Assembly (NCBI RefSeq): GCF_002310835.1
Contig: NZ_CP011041.1
Coordinates: forward strand, 3,000,001-3,032,000
DNA: 32,000 nucleotides
Direction: 5' to 3'
From: Pseudoalteromonas tetraodonis
GTDB taxonomy: Bacteria > Pseudomonadota > Gammaproteobacteria > Enterobacterales > Alteromonadaceae
Below are positions 1 to 8,391 of this stretch, in pieces; position 1 is the first letter of the stretch, and each line of letters begins with the position of its first letter. Made by a program: the position numbers and the translations under genes. The notes under the pieces were generated by a model that had not been told where the DNA came from, ran no database searches, and saw only the letters and a program-made list of their open reading frames with translations.

Positions 1-18
1 TTTACTTTTTTTTGCCAT
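1..18 (-). CDS. Possible first six codons (MAKKSK) of a gene running off the left edge. A gene divergent from rsmD at this position is ftsY in many gammaproteobacteria.
   Basis: The reverse complement of 1-18 reads ATG GCA AAA AAA AGT AAA. Only 18 nt are visible, so the identity is a synteny guess. Confidence 0.25.
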
Positions 19-222
19 ACTTGCTAATAACCACTTATAAAAATCTGATAAACTAACGATAATGATAGCGTGCTTTTAAGTCTAAATAATTGCTTTTAGC
101 AACACGTTATCCTCGAGGGTGCATAATAGTAACACTTTTAGCGCAGTTGAAAAATGACACGCCGTGATATGATTGCAATATTATCTGAGCTAGATCATAG
201 ATACCAATTTTTAGTGAGTTAA

Positions 223-828
223 ATGAGAAAAAAAACCACACAAAATAACACCACTCATAAATCAGCTGATGGGGTTATTAGAATCATTAGCGGCCAATTT
301 CGCGGTCGAAAACTGCCAGTAAAAGATGTTCAAGGTCTGCGTCCTACAACCGACCGAATTAAAGAAACGGTGTTTAATTGGTTGATGCACGATACCCGCG
401 ATGCGCACACTCTCGATTGCTTTGCCGGTTCCGGTGGATTGGGATTTGAAGCATTGTCGCGTTTTGCAAAACACACCACATTCATAGAGCTTGATTCACA
501 AGCAGCAAAACAATTAGAGCAAAACATTGCGACGCTTGATGCACAAAACGCGCAAGTCGTTAATACCAATACACTGACGTTTTTAGAGAGAAAAAACACC
601 AGTGACACATTTAATTTGGTTTTTATTGACCCGCCATTTCGCAAAAATTTAGCTCAATCATGCTGTGATTTATTGGAAAATAATCAATGGCTCGACCCCG
701 AAGCATTGATATATGTTGAAGTAGAAACTGAGCTAACCTCGTTTAAAGCACCAAATAACTGGTTGTTAATTAAAGAGAAAAAGGCAGGTCAGGTTTTTTG
801 TAGGCTGTACCAACGCCATATAAATTAA
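223..828 (+). CDS. rsmD: 16S rRNA (guanine966-N2)-methyltransferase RsmD
   Basis: 201-aa ORF. The N-terminus IRIISGQFRGRKLPV...GLRPTTDRIKETVFNWL is collinear with E. coli RsmD. It has the SAM motif LDCFAGSGGLGFEALSR and the DPPF motif (FIDPPFRKN). Confidence 0.9.
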   Translation: MRKKTTQNNTTHKSADGVIRIISGQFRGRKLPVKDVQGLRPTTDRIKETVFNWLMHDTRDAHTLDCFAGSGGLGFEALSRFAKHTTFIELDSQAAKQLEQNIATLDAQNAQVVNTNTLTFLERKNTSDTFNLVFIDPPFRKNLAQSCCDLLENNQWLDPEALIYVEVETELTSFKAPNNWLLIKEKKAGQVFCRLYQRHIN

Positions 829-865
829 CACTGTTTTAGCTGCTGTGTTTCTGTTAATATTATCC

Positions 866-895
866 TTTACATGTGGTGTTGCTTCGGATTACAAT
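866..895 (+). promoter_or_regulatory. Candidate sigma70 promoter for the rpsU operon (TTTACA-N18-TACAAT)
   Basis: TTTACA at 866-871 and TACAAT at 890-895, about 80 nt upstream of the rpsU ATG. Motif match only. Confidence 0.45.
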
Positions 896-915
896 ACCGC
901 ACCATTTTTGAACCA

Positions 916-944
916 CTTGATCAATGTTTGATCAACTTGAGCAA
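916..944. repeat. Tandem palindromic boxes cTTGATCAA / TTGATCAA / cTTGAGCAA in the rpsU leader
   Basis: Perfect 8-bp palindromes TTGATCAA sit at 917-924 and 928-935, 11 bp apart and each containing GATC. A degenerate copy TTGAGCAA is at 937-944. Confidence 0.6.
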
Positions 945-973
945 CGCTCATAATTTAGGTAGGTGAATTTTTA

Positions 974-1189
974 ATGCCAGTAATTAAAGTAAGAGAGAAC
1001 GAACCGTTTGACGTAGCACTTCGTCGCTTCAAGCGTTCATGTGAAAAAGCAGGTATCCTTTCAGAAGTTCGTCGTCGCGAGCACTATGAAAAACCAACAG
1101 CTGAGCGTAAGCGTAAAAAAGCAGCTGCTGTTAAACGTCACATGAAAAAACTTTCTCGTGATAACGCTCGTCGCGTTAAATTATACTAA
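974..1189 (+). CDS. rpsU: 30S ribosomal protein S21
   Basis: 71 aa. [42 protein letters not shown]... is near-identical in pattern to enterobacterial S21. The RBS is AGGTAGGTG upstream. Confidence 0.97.
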
Positions 1190-1208
1190 TATATTAGGTC
1201 TTGTATAA

Positions 1209-1655
1209 ATGAGCCTTTTAATAACGCTAAAAGATGCGCAAAAAGATGCGATGAGAGCCAAAGACAAACAACGTCTTAACCCTATTCGTATGGTACTTGC
1301 TGCAATCAAGCAACGTGAAATTGACGAGCAAATAACACTAGACGACGCAGGTATTACCTCCGTTATAGTGAAGCTTGTTAAACAACGTCGCGACTCTTAC
1401 ACTCAGTACAAAGATGCTGGGCGTGATGATTTAGCTGATATTGAAGCCAATGAAATTACAGCACTTGAAGCTTTTTTACCTCAACAATTGAGTGAAGAAG
1501 AAATTATTGCTCTCATTGACGCGGCTATTGCTGATACTAACGCAGCAGGTATGCAAGACATGGGTAAAGTAATGGGTATAATCAAAAGCAAAGCCGAAGG
1601 TCGTGCCGATATGGGCAAAATCTCAGGTTTAATTAAGCAACGATTAACTGCCTAA
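1209..1655 (+). CDS. GatB/YqeY domain-containing protein
   Basis: 148 aa. The L..DLK.AMKAKD / LVKQRRDS / EIEALEAFLP-type pattern is typical of the YqeY family. Sitting between rpsU and dnaG is common in Vibrio/Alteromonas-type genomes. Confidence 0.85.
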   Translation: MSLLITLKDAQKDAMRAKDKQRLNPIRMVLAAIKQREIDEQITLDDAGITSVIVKLVKQRRDSYTQYKDAGRDDLADIEANEITALEAFLPQQLSEEEIIALIDAAIADTNAAGMQDMGKVMGIIKSKAEGRADMGKISGLIKQRLTA

Positions 1656-1686
1656 TACCCCCACATACATTTAGTATGATTGAAGT

Positions 1687-1716
1687 AAACCGAGCCTTGA
1701 GCTCGGTTTCTTCGTT
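1687..1716 (+). terminator. Rho-independent hairpin (internal attenuator) between yqeY and dnaG
   Basis: AAACCGAGC (1687-1695) pairs with GCTCGGTTT (1701-1709) across a 5-nt loop, followed by a T-rich tail TTTCTTCGTTT. Confidence 0.7.
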
Positions 1717-1821
1717 TAGATATTTAGTACTTCAAAAAATTATGCATTTGTGTTCAAATCTTTGCGTATTATAATTCGTTTTCATCACTTTTCTATTTAT
1801 CTTAGGGCTGTACTTTAAACA

Positions 1822-3573
1822 ATGGCTGGAAAGATCCCACGCAACTTTATCGATGATTTATTGGCACGAACCGATATTGTCGACCTGATTGACTCAAAGG
1901 TAGGGTTGAAAAAAGCGGGCAAAGACTATCAAGCTTGCTGTCCTTTTCATAATGAGAAGTCGCCTTCATTTACTGTATCGCAAGATAAACAGTTTTATCA
2001 TTGCTTTGGCTGTGGCGCTAACGGCAATGCTATTTCTTTTGTAATGGAGTATGACAAACTCGAGTTTGTTGATGCAATTGAGGAACTAGCCAGTTTACTT
2101 AACCTTGATGTTCCTCGCGAACAAGGGAGCAGTAATGGACCAGAGCGCACAGCGGCACAAAAACGTTCAGACTATGATCTAATGCTGCATGCAGCACGCT
2201 TTTATCAACATCAGTTAAAACATCACAGTAACTCTGAAGCGGTAATCGATTACGTTAAAGGTCGCGGCTTAAGCGGTGCAACCGTTAAAAAGTTTATGAT
2301 AGGTTATGCGCCCAGCGAATGGGAAGGGCTCTGCCAACAACTTGGGCGAAACCAAGAACAAAAAGAACAATTAGTTGAGCTTAAACTCGCATCTGAGAAA
2401 ACCCCAGGCAAACAGTTCGACTTTTTCCGTGATCGCTTAATGTTTCCAATTCGTGATAAACGCGGCCGCGTTATTGCTTTTGGTGGGCGAGTAATGCAAG
2501 CCGATCAAGGGCCTAAATATTTAAACTCTCCGGAGACGCGCATATTTCATAAGGGCTTTGAACTCTATGGCCTTTATGAAGCTAAACAAGCACACAAGAA
2601 GCTTGACCATGTACTGATTGTTGAAGGTTACATGGACGTAGTAGCGCTGGCAGAACAAGGTATTGAATATGCCGTAGCAGCCCTTGGTACAGCGACAACC
2701 AGCGAGCACATGCACACTTTATTTAGAACCACAGATAAAGTTATTTGTTGTTACGATGGTGACCGTGCAGGTAAAGATGCTGCGTGGCGCGCACTCGAAA
2801 ATGCGCTGCCTTACTTAAACGATGGCAAAGCACTGCATTTTGTATTTTTACCCGATGGTGAAGACCCTGATTCACTCGTACAACAAGAAGGTAAAGTAGC
2901 TTTTGAGCAACGCCTTGAAAACGCAGATGACTTCACTAAAGTGCTGTTTAATAAACTAAGTAAAGAGATTGATTTAACACTAGATTCCGGTAAGGCTAAG
3001 TTACTCAGTGCGGCACTGCCCCTGATTGAAAAGATCCCAAGTGAGTTTTACCAAGAAAATATCCTAGAGCAACTTGGGCGATTGATTGGCCGTACCCGTG
3101 AGCAACTCAATAATCACTTAAAAACGCCAAAACAGCAGCAAGCAATTGAACGAAAATTTAAAATTACACCCATGCGCCAAGCAATAGGGATTTTAATTCA
3201 GCACCCTAACTTGGCTAAAAGTGTGCCCTATTTACCCGATTTAGCTCAAATGAATATTGCGGGTATTGGTTTATTATTGCGACTACAACATCAAGCATTA
3301 CAAAAAGATGGCATTACCACCGCACAAATTCTTGAATCATTTCGGGGCACCGATGACTACGAGCCATTAACTAAGTTAGCGACATGGCAACATCAAATAA
3401 ATGAAGAGCGTTTAGAGACTGTTTTTCAAAATACTTTCAAATTTATTGAAGATCAGTGTTTAAATTATCGACTAGAGACCCTATTAATAAAAGACAAGAC
3501 ACAGGGCCTAAATAGCGACGAACGACTAGAATGTCATTTACTAATGACAGCGTTAAAAGCAACGAACAGCTAG
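1822..3573 (+). CDS. dnaG: DNA primase DnaG
   Basis: 583 aa. It has the CHC2 zinc finger CCPFHNEKSPSFTVSQDKQFYHCFGCGANGN, TOPRIM motifs (LIVEGYMDVVAL, YDGDRAGKDAA) and a C-terminal DnaB-interaction-type region. Confidence 0.97.
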   Translation: MAGKIPRNFIDDLLARTDIVDLIDSKVGLKKAGKDYQACCPFHNEKSPSFTVSQDKQFYHCFGCGANGNAISFVMEYDKLEFVDAIEELASLLNLDVPREQGSSNGPERTAAQKRSDYDLMLHAARFYQHQLKHHSNSEAVIDYVKGRGLSGATVKKFMIGYAPSEWEGLCQQLGRNQEQKEQLVELKLASEKTPGKQFDFFRDRLMFPIRDKRGRVIAFGGRVMQADQGPKYLNSPETRIFHKGFELYGLYEAKQAHKKLDHVLIVEGYMDVVALAEQGIEYAVAALGTATTSEHMHTLFRTTDKVICCYDGDRAGKDAAWRALENALPYLNDGKALHFVFLPDGEDPDSLVQQEGKVAFEQRLENADDFTKVLFNKLSKEIDLTLDSGKAKLLSAALPLIEKIPSEFYQENILEQLGRLIGRTREQLNNHLKTPKQQQAIERKFKITPMRQAIGILIQHPNLAKSVPYLPDLAQMNIAGIGLLLRLQHQALQKDGITTAQILESFRGTDDYEPLTKLATWQHQINEERLETVFQNTFKFIEDQCLNYRLETLLIKDKTQGLNSDERLECHLLMTALKATNS

Positions 3574-3697
3574 TCAGATTTGATTTAGGCTGTTATACTG
3601 TGCTATTCACTGCGTCACATTATTCTGGTTAGCCTTTGAGCAAACTCCATGATGGCGCCTGTTGTATCAACTTATCAGAGTGGAAGAAACAATCTCT

Positions 3698-5542
3698 ATG
3701 GATCCAACTCCTCAGTCACAATTAAAACTTCTGATTCAAAAAGGTAAAGAGCAAGGTTACTTAACTTTTGCAGAAGTTAATGATCACCTTCCACAAGATA
3801 TTATCGACTCAGATCAAGTAGAAGATATCATTAGCATGATTAATGACATGGGTATCAAGGTTAGCGAAAACGCGCCTGATGCCGATGAATTAATGATGCA
3901 AGAAACCACGACAGACGAAGACGCAGCGGAAGCTGCCGCTGCAGCCCTTGCTACTGTAGAAAAAGAAATTGGCCGTACAACTGACCCTGTTCGCATGTAT
4001 ATGCGTGAAATGGGTACTGTTGAACTTCTTACCCGTGAAGGCGAAATTGTTATCGCTAAGCGTATTGAAGAAGGCATTAACCAAGTTCAAATTTCGGTTG
4101 CTGAATACCCTGAAGCGATCACTTACCTACTTGAACAGTGGGATAAGTTTGAAGCAGAAGAGATGCGTCTTAGCGATATTATCTCTGGCTTTTTCGATCC
4201 TGATGCAGAAGAAGCACCACCTATTGCTGCCACCAACATTGGTTCTGAATTAAGTGAAAAACAGCTTGATGATAGCGACGATGATGACGATGACAGCGAT
4301 GATGAAGACGAAGAAGAAGTAGATACAGGTCCAGATCCTGAAGAAGCGCGCGTCCATTTCGAAAATTTACGTGATTTATACACCAAAGCACGTGAAACAT
4401 TCGATAATAAAGGTCGCTCTCATCCAGAGTCTCAAGCCGCTATTTTAGAAATCGGTGAGCTGTTCAGAACCTTTAAACTCGTACCTAAACAGTTTGATCG
4501 CATGGTTAATAACATGCGTGAAATGATGGACAGAGTTCGCGTTCAAGAACGTCTTATTATGAAGCATGCAGTACAAGTTTCAAAGCTGCCAAAGAAAACC
4601 TTTGTTAAGCATTTTGCAAACAACGAAACTGACACAGCATGGCTTGATATTGAAATTGCAGCAAACGAAAAGCATTCAGCTAAACTTGAAGAAGTGAAGC
4701 CTGAAATACTTCGTTGTATTAGCAAACTTACTTCAATGGAAGAAAGCACTGGCTTAAGCATTGAACGTATTAAAGATATAAACCGTCGCATGAGTATTGG
4801 TGAAGCGAAAGCGCGCCGTGCTAAAAAAGAGATGGTAGAAGCAAACTTACGTCTTGTAATTTCAATCGCTAAAAAATACACCAACCGTGGTTTACAGTTC
4901 TTAGATTTAATCCAAGAAGGTAACATTGGTCTGATGAAAGCGGTTGATAAGTTTGAATACCGTCGTGGTTATAAGTTTTCAACTTATGCTACGTGGTGGA
5001 TCCGTCAAGCAATTACGCGCTCTATTGCTGACCAAGCAAGAACAATCCGTATTCCAGTACATATGATTGAAACGATCAATAAATTGAACCGTATTTCACG
5101 TCAAATGTTACAAGAAATGGGTCGTGAGCCAAATCCAGAAGAATTAGCTGAACGCATGATGATGCCTGAGGATAAAATCCGTAAGGTACTTAAGATTGCA
5201 AAAGAGCCAATTTCAATGGAAACACCTATTGGTGATGATGAAGATTCGCACTTAGGCGACTTCATCGAAGATACCACTATTGATTCGCCAATCGATTCGG
5301 CAACAATGGAGTCTCTTCGTGGCGCAACTAACGACGTGCTCGCTGGCTTAACAGCCCGTGAAGCGAAAGTACTACGTATGCGTTTTGGTATTGATATGAA
5401 TACCGACCACACGTTAGAAGAAGTAGGTAAACAGTTTGACGTAACACGTGAACGTATTCGTCAAATTGAGGCGAAGGCACTGCGTAAATTACGTCACCCT
5501 TCTCGCTCTGATTTACTGAAAAGCTTTTTAGACGCTAAATAA
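3698..5542 (+). CDS. rpoD: RNA polymerase sigma factor RpoD (sigma70)
   Basis: [32 protein letters not shown] aligns with the E. coli RpoD N-terminus. Region 2 ([27 protein letters not shown]) and region 4.2 ([30 protein letters not shown]) are present. The ORF-track start at 3662 is a TTG 12 codons upstream, which I consider spurious. Confidence 0.96.
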   Translation: MDPTPQSQLKLLIQKGKEQGYLTFAEVNDHLPQDIIDSDQVEDIISMINDMGIKVSENAPDADELMMQETTTDEDAAEAAAAALATVEKEIGRTTDPVRMYMREMGTVELLTREGEIVIAKRIEEGINQVQISVAEYPEAITYLLEQWDKFEAEEMRLSDIISGFFDPDAEEAPPIAATNIGSELSEKQLDDSDDDDDDSDDEDEEEVDTGPDPEEARVHFENLRDLYTKARETFDNKGRSHPESQAAILEIGELFRTFKLVPKQFDRMVNNMREMMDRVRVQERLIMKHAVQVSKLPKKTFVKHFANNETDTAWLDIEIAANEKHSAKLEEVKPEILRCISKLTSMEESTGLSIERIKDINRRMSIGEAKARRAKKEMVEANLRLVISIAKKYTNRGLQFLDLIQEGNIGLMKAVDKFEYRRGYKFSTYATWWIRQAITRSIADQARTIRIPVHMIETINKLNRISRQMLQEMGREPNPEELAERMMMPEDKIRKVLKIAKEPISMETPIGDDEDSHLGDFIEDTTIDSPIDSATMESLRGATNDVLAGLTAREAKVLRMRFGIDMNTDHTLEEVGKQFDVTRERIRQIEAKALRKLRHPSRSDLLKSFLDAK

Positions 5543-5568
5543 TCTAGCGTTACATTATAAGTTAATTT

Positions 5569-5594
5569 AAAAGGCCGCTGTAGCGGCCTTTTTT
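5569..5594 (+). terminator. Rho-independent terminator of rpoD
   Basis: AAAAGGCCGC-tgta-GCGGCCTTTTTT. Confidence 0.9.
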
Positions 5595-5613
5595 CTATTT
5601 CAAGGAAATAAAC

Positions 5614-6495
5614 ATGGCTTGGATCCAAATCCGTATCAATGCCAATGCTGCAACCGCTGATGCAGTAAGTGACCTATTAATGGAAGCAGGCAGTGCTTCT
5701 GTTACTTTTATTGATGCCAAAGACACGCCTATCTATGAGCCTAAAATTGGCACTGTTGTATTTTGGGCTGACACCACAGTAATTGGCTTGTTCGAAGCTA
5801 ATCACGATATGAACGCAGTGGTTGCGTTATTAAAACGCCATGATGAGCTAAAAGACAATTTAGTTTACAAAATTGAGCAACTCGAAGATAAAGACTGGGA
5901 ACGTGAGTGGATGGATAATTTTCACCCTATTCAATTTGGCGAAAAACTCTGGATTTGTCCTAGCTGGCGCGATATTCCAGACCCTGACGCAGTCAATGTA
6001 CTGCTTGATCCAGGCCTTGCATTTGGAACTGGCACACACGCCACTACAGCACTGTGTTTGAAATGGTTAGAAAGCCAAGACTTAACTGGTAAAACCGTGG
6101 TCGATTTTGGCTGTGGCTCAGGCATATTAGGCATTGCAGCAATAAAATTGGGTGCTGAGCGCATGATAGGGATAGACATTGACCCACAAGCGCTGGAAGC
6201 AAGCCTAGATAATGCTAATCGCAATGGTGTTGCTGACAAGCTTGAAGTGTACCTGCCAGAAAACCAACCTGAGTTTACTGCTGACATTGTGGTGGCAAAT
6301 ATTTTAGCGCAACCACTGCGTGAGCTTCATAGTGTTATTTTAGGCTTATTAAAGCCAGGCGGTAAAATTGCGATGTCGGGAATTTTAGAAGAACAAGCAC
6401 AATCGGTTGCTGACATATACGCGCCCTTTATTGAGCTCGATGAAATTGCCATTGAAGGCGATTGGACCCGAGTAAGTGGCACTAAAAAAGCGTAA
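5614..6495 (+). CDS. prmA: Ribosomal protein L11 methyltransferase PrmA
   Basis: 293 aa. [11 protein letters not shown]... is collinear with E. coli PrmA. The SAM motif is [15 protein letters not shown] and the RBS is AAGGA. Confidence 0.95.
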   Translation: MAWIQIRINANAATADAVSDLLMEAGSASVTFIDAKDTPIYEPKIGTVVFWADTTVIGLFEANHDMNAVVALLKRHDELKDNLVYKIEQLEDKDWEREWMDNFHPIQFGEKLWICPSWRDIPDPDAVNVLLDPGLAFGTGTHATTALCLKWLESQDLTGKTVVDFGCGSGILGIAAIKLGAERMIGIDIDPQALEASLDNANRNGVADKLEVYLPENQPEFTADIVVANILAQPLRELHSVILGLLKPGGKIAMSGILEEQAQSVADIYAPFIELDEIAIEGDWTRVSGTKKA

Positions 6496-6542
6496 TAGTG
6501 CGTTATTAAAAAATTTAGAGTATTAACTCAAAAGTCTTATCT

Positions 6543-6576
6543 AAAGCCTGTATTTAACAGGCTTTACTATTTTTTT
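6543..6576 (+). terminator. Rho-independent terminator of prmA
   Basis: AAAGCCTGT-attta-ACAGGCTTT, then ACTATTTTTTT. Confidence 0.8.
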
Positions 6577-6578
6577 AC

Positions 6579-6606
6579 ATAATAAAAAATAAAGATTTTT
6601 TATTAT
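6579..6606. repeat. Perfect AT-only inverted repeat upstream of the dusB-fis promoter
   Basis: ATAATAAAAAA (6579-6589) and TTTTTTATTAT (6596-6606) are exact reverse complements separated by 6 nt. Confidence 0.6.
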
Positions 6607-6716
6607 AAAAGTAACAGCCGTTCAAAATTCACACAAATAAACCGCTTCGTCATACGGTTATCAAATGTCAATACGAAAAGAGCAAAAAAAAGTCACTTTT
6701 GTTCAATTTATAGCCT

Positions 6717-6744
6717 TTGATTTTTGCGTAAAAAGCCGTAAACT
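6717..6744 (+). promoter_or_regulatory. Candidate dusB-fis promoter (TTGATT-N16-TAAACT) with a GC-rich discriminator
   Basis: TTGATT at 6717-6722 and TAAACT at 6739-6744, followed by TAGCGCCCC. A GC-rich discriminator is a known property of the enterobacterial fis promoter. Motif match only. Confidence 0.45.
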
Positions 6745-6777
6745 TAGCGCCCCTTGAAAAGAGGCCTATTGAATATC

Positions 6778-7749
6778 GTGCGTATCGGTTCATACCAACT
6801 TGAGAATAATGTAATTGTCGCGCCTATGGCGGGCATAACGGACAGACCATTTAGACAGCTATGTCGTCGTTTAGGCGCTGGCCTTGCTGTGTCTGAAATG
6901 CTGTCGTCTAATCCGAAGGTTTGGAAAACCGAAAAGTCGATGAACCGGATGGATCATTCTGGTGAGTCGGGTATACGTGCGGTGCAAATTGCAGGAGCAG
7001 ACCCTGAGCTTATGGCACAGGCCGCACAATTCAATGTTGCAAACGGTGCACAGATCATAGATATCAATATGGGGTGCCCAGCAAAAAAAGTGAACAAGAA
7101 ACTTGCAGGCTCAGCCTTATTACAGTTTCCAGAACTCGTGGAAGAGATTATTGATGCCGTAGTAAACGCGGTTGATATACCTGTGACACTTAAAATCCGT
7201 ACCGGATGGGATCAGGACAACCGTAATGGTGTAGAGATTGCAAGAATAGCTGAACGTTATGGCATTGCATCACTGGCTGTACATGGGCGCACGCGCGCAT
7301 GTATGTATAAAGGTGATGCTGAGTACGCCACAATTAGGGATATAAAACGTTCAGTGTCGATACCTGTCGTTGCTAATGGTGATATTACATCACCTGAAAA
7401 AGCAAAGCAGGTTTTGGACTATACGGGTGCAGATGCCATTATGATTGGTCGAGCCGCCCAAGGTCGCCCTTGGATATTTAGGGAGATAGACCACTATTTG
7501 CGAACTGGTGAACATATGCAGCCACCTGCTATAGCAGAGGTGCGCAGTATTTTAATGGAGCATTTAACCAACCTCCATGTGTTTTACGGTGAGCCAATGG
7601 GAGCACGAATCGCTCGCAAACATGTATCTTGGTATTTGCAAACCCATGACAGTGACGGTCAGTTTAGGCGAGTATTTAATGCGCTCGACAATTCAGAGGC
7701 ACAGGTCGTCGCATTAGAGCAATACTTTAAAACACTAGCAGCTAACTAA
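6778..7749 (+). CDS. dusB: tRNA-dihydrouridine synthase B
   Basis: From GTG 6778, (M)[25 protein letters not shown] matches the E. coli DusB N-terminus MRIGQYQL.... The [11 protein letters not shown] motif is present. GAGG lies at 6761-6764. The ORF-track TTG start at 6754 would sit inside or just after the predicted promoter, with no room for an RBS. Confidence 0.93.
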   Translation: MRIGSYQLENNVIVAPMAGITDRPFRQLCRRLGAGLAVSEMLSSNPKVWKTEKSMNRMDHSGESGIRAVQIAGADPELMAQAAQFNVANGAQIIDINMGCPAKKVNKKLAGSALLQFPELVEEIIDAVVNAVDIPVTLKIRTGWDQDNRNGVEIARIAERYGIASLAVHGRTRACMYKGDAEYATIRDIKRSVSIPVVANGDITSPEKAKQVLDYTGADAIMIGRAAQGRPWIFREIDHYLRTGEHMQPPAIAEVRSILMEHLTNLHVFYGEPMGARIARKHVSWYLQTHDSDGQFRRVFNALDNSEAQVVALEQYFKTLAAN

Positions 7750-7768
7750 GAAAGAAAGAGACTTTATA

Positions 7769-8059
7769 ATGTTCGAACAAAACGTGACTTCTCCATTTAT
7801 CACTAACCCTCATGTTCAGTCACACGAGAAACCGCAGCCATTGCGTGATGCAGTGAAAAAAGCTGTTCACCACTACTTAAAGCAGCTTAACGGTCAAGAT
7901 GTGCAAGACGTTTACGACCTTGTTCTTTCTGAGCTAGAAGCGCCATTGCTTGAAGAAGTAATGACTTACACACGTGGCAATCAAACTCGTGCGGCAATTT
8001 TACTAGGTATCAACCGTGGTACTTTACGTAAAAAGCTTAAAAAATACGGTATGAACTAA
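7769..8059 (+). CDS. fis: DNA-binding protein Fis
   Basis: 96 aa. The C-terminal [30 protein letters not shown] is characteristic of Fis, and the gene lies immediately downstream of dusB. Confidence 0.97.
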   Translation: MFEQNVTSPFITNPHVQSHEKPQPLRDAVKKAVHHYLKQLNGQDVQDVYDLVLSELEAPLLEEVMTYTRGNQTRAAILLGINRGTLRKKLKKYGMN

Positions 8060-8220
8060 TACCAGCTATATTGAAACCGTAATCATTCTAACGAGCTAAA
8101 TAAGCCCCTAACTGCGTTAAAAATTTTTTATGTAGAATAACTACACAGCAAAATTTTTGCCTTGTTATTGACTTATTTCTCTGTCGTTATAATTGCTTAC
8201 TAATCCAATACAGCTGGTAT
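8059..8220. repeat. ~160-bp imperfect palindromic element (MITE-like or long-hairpin 3' UTR)
   Basis: The terminal arms ATACCAGCTATATTG (8059-8073) and CAATACAGCTGGTAT (8206-8220) are 14/15 complementary. The central hairpin is GTAG-aataa-CTAC (8132-8144). Hand alignment of the left half against the reverse complement of the right half gives collinear blocks (GTAA, TAACGA, AAATAAG, AAAATTTT, TGTAG) with roughly two-thirds identity. Confidence 0.55.
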
Positions 8221-8234
8221 AAAGTATTTTGAGT

Positions 8235-8260
8235 AAAAAGCACCTTAGGGTGCTTTTTTT
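8235..8260 (+). terminator. Rho-independent terminator (dusB-fis operon and/or a short transcript from the upstream element)
   Basis: AAAAAGCACC-ttag-GGTGCTTTTTTT. Confidence 0.85.
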
Positions 8261-8391
8261 ATTTGTAAAATTTATTAACGAAATTGCAAAATGCTCACGC
8301 TTTATGGGTCGTTATAAGTCGTTTTTTGAGTCGTAATCAGTTAAAATACGCGCTTCTAAGCTAGCTCATTAACTGAGGAAATCAAACTACA

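Noticed and set aside
6-235. A8 homopolymer runs just after the start codons of both divergent genes (positions 6-13 and 228-235), and A7/A8 runs in the DUF2797 gene (15018-15035), considered as possible phase-variation tracts.
   Set aside because: They simply encode Lys-rich segments (KK, KKTKK). The tracts are short, the genes are housekeeping or conserved, and the reading frames are intact. Nothing points to slipped-strand switching.
262-644. Antisense ORFs (262-474 and 330-644, minus strand) inside rsmD.
   Set aside because: They are fully contained in a CDS with clear RsmD motifs on the opposite strand, and I recognised no motifs in them. Similar shadow ORFs were rejected for the same reason: 2521-2715, 3814-4077, 3890-4090, 3969-4253, 4123-4386, 4543-4926, 5101-5412, 5873-6061, 5931-6287, 8960-9214, 9147-9344, 11004-11243, 11319-11519, 11676-11891, 11926-12201, 14111-14362, 14958-15176, 15176-15538, 15759-15950, 16671-17027, 17802-18161, 20811-21119, 22868-23122, 23429-23623, 24574-24771, 25332-25637, 26390-26626, 28444-28710, 28657-28881, 29837-30256, 30716-30907 and 30931-31215.
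3662-3697. A 12-codon N-terminal extension of rpoD from a TTG start ([12 protein letters not shown]).
   Set aside because: The conserved RpoD N-terminus begins at the ATG at 3698 ([12 protein letters not shown]), and a purine-rich RBS-like GGAAG precedes it.
8168-8193. TTGACT ... TATAAT as a strong sigma70 promoter inside the palindromic element.
   Set aside because: By my count the spacer between TTGACT (8168-8173) and TATAAT (8188-8193) is only 14 bp, outside the functional range. Only the weaker TTATTG-N17-TATAAT reading remains, so I report the sRNA idea as a hypothesis and not as a feature.
8280-8391. A possible ZTP (pfl) riboswitch or PurR box upstream of purH, prompted by GGGTCGT at 8306-8312 and TGCAAAATGC at 8285-8294.
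   Set aside because: The conserved 3' subdomain of the ZTP motif (CCGCCTGGGC-like) is absent. The PurR-like match has only a GCAAA half-site and lacks the palindromic partner (CGTTTGC). The resemblance is too weak to call.
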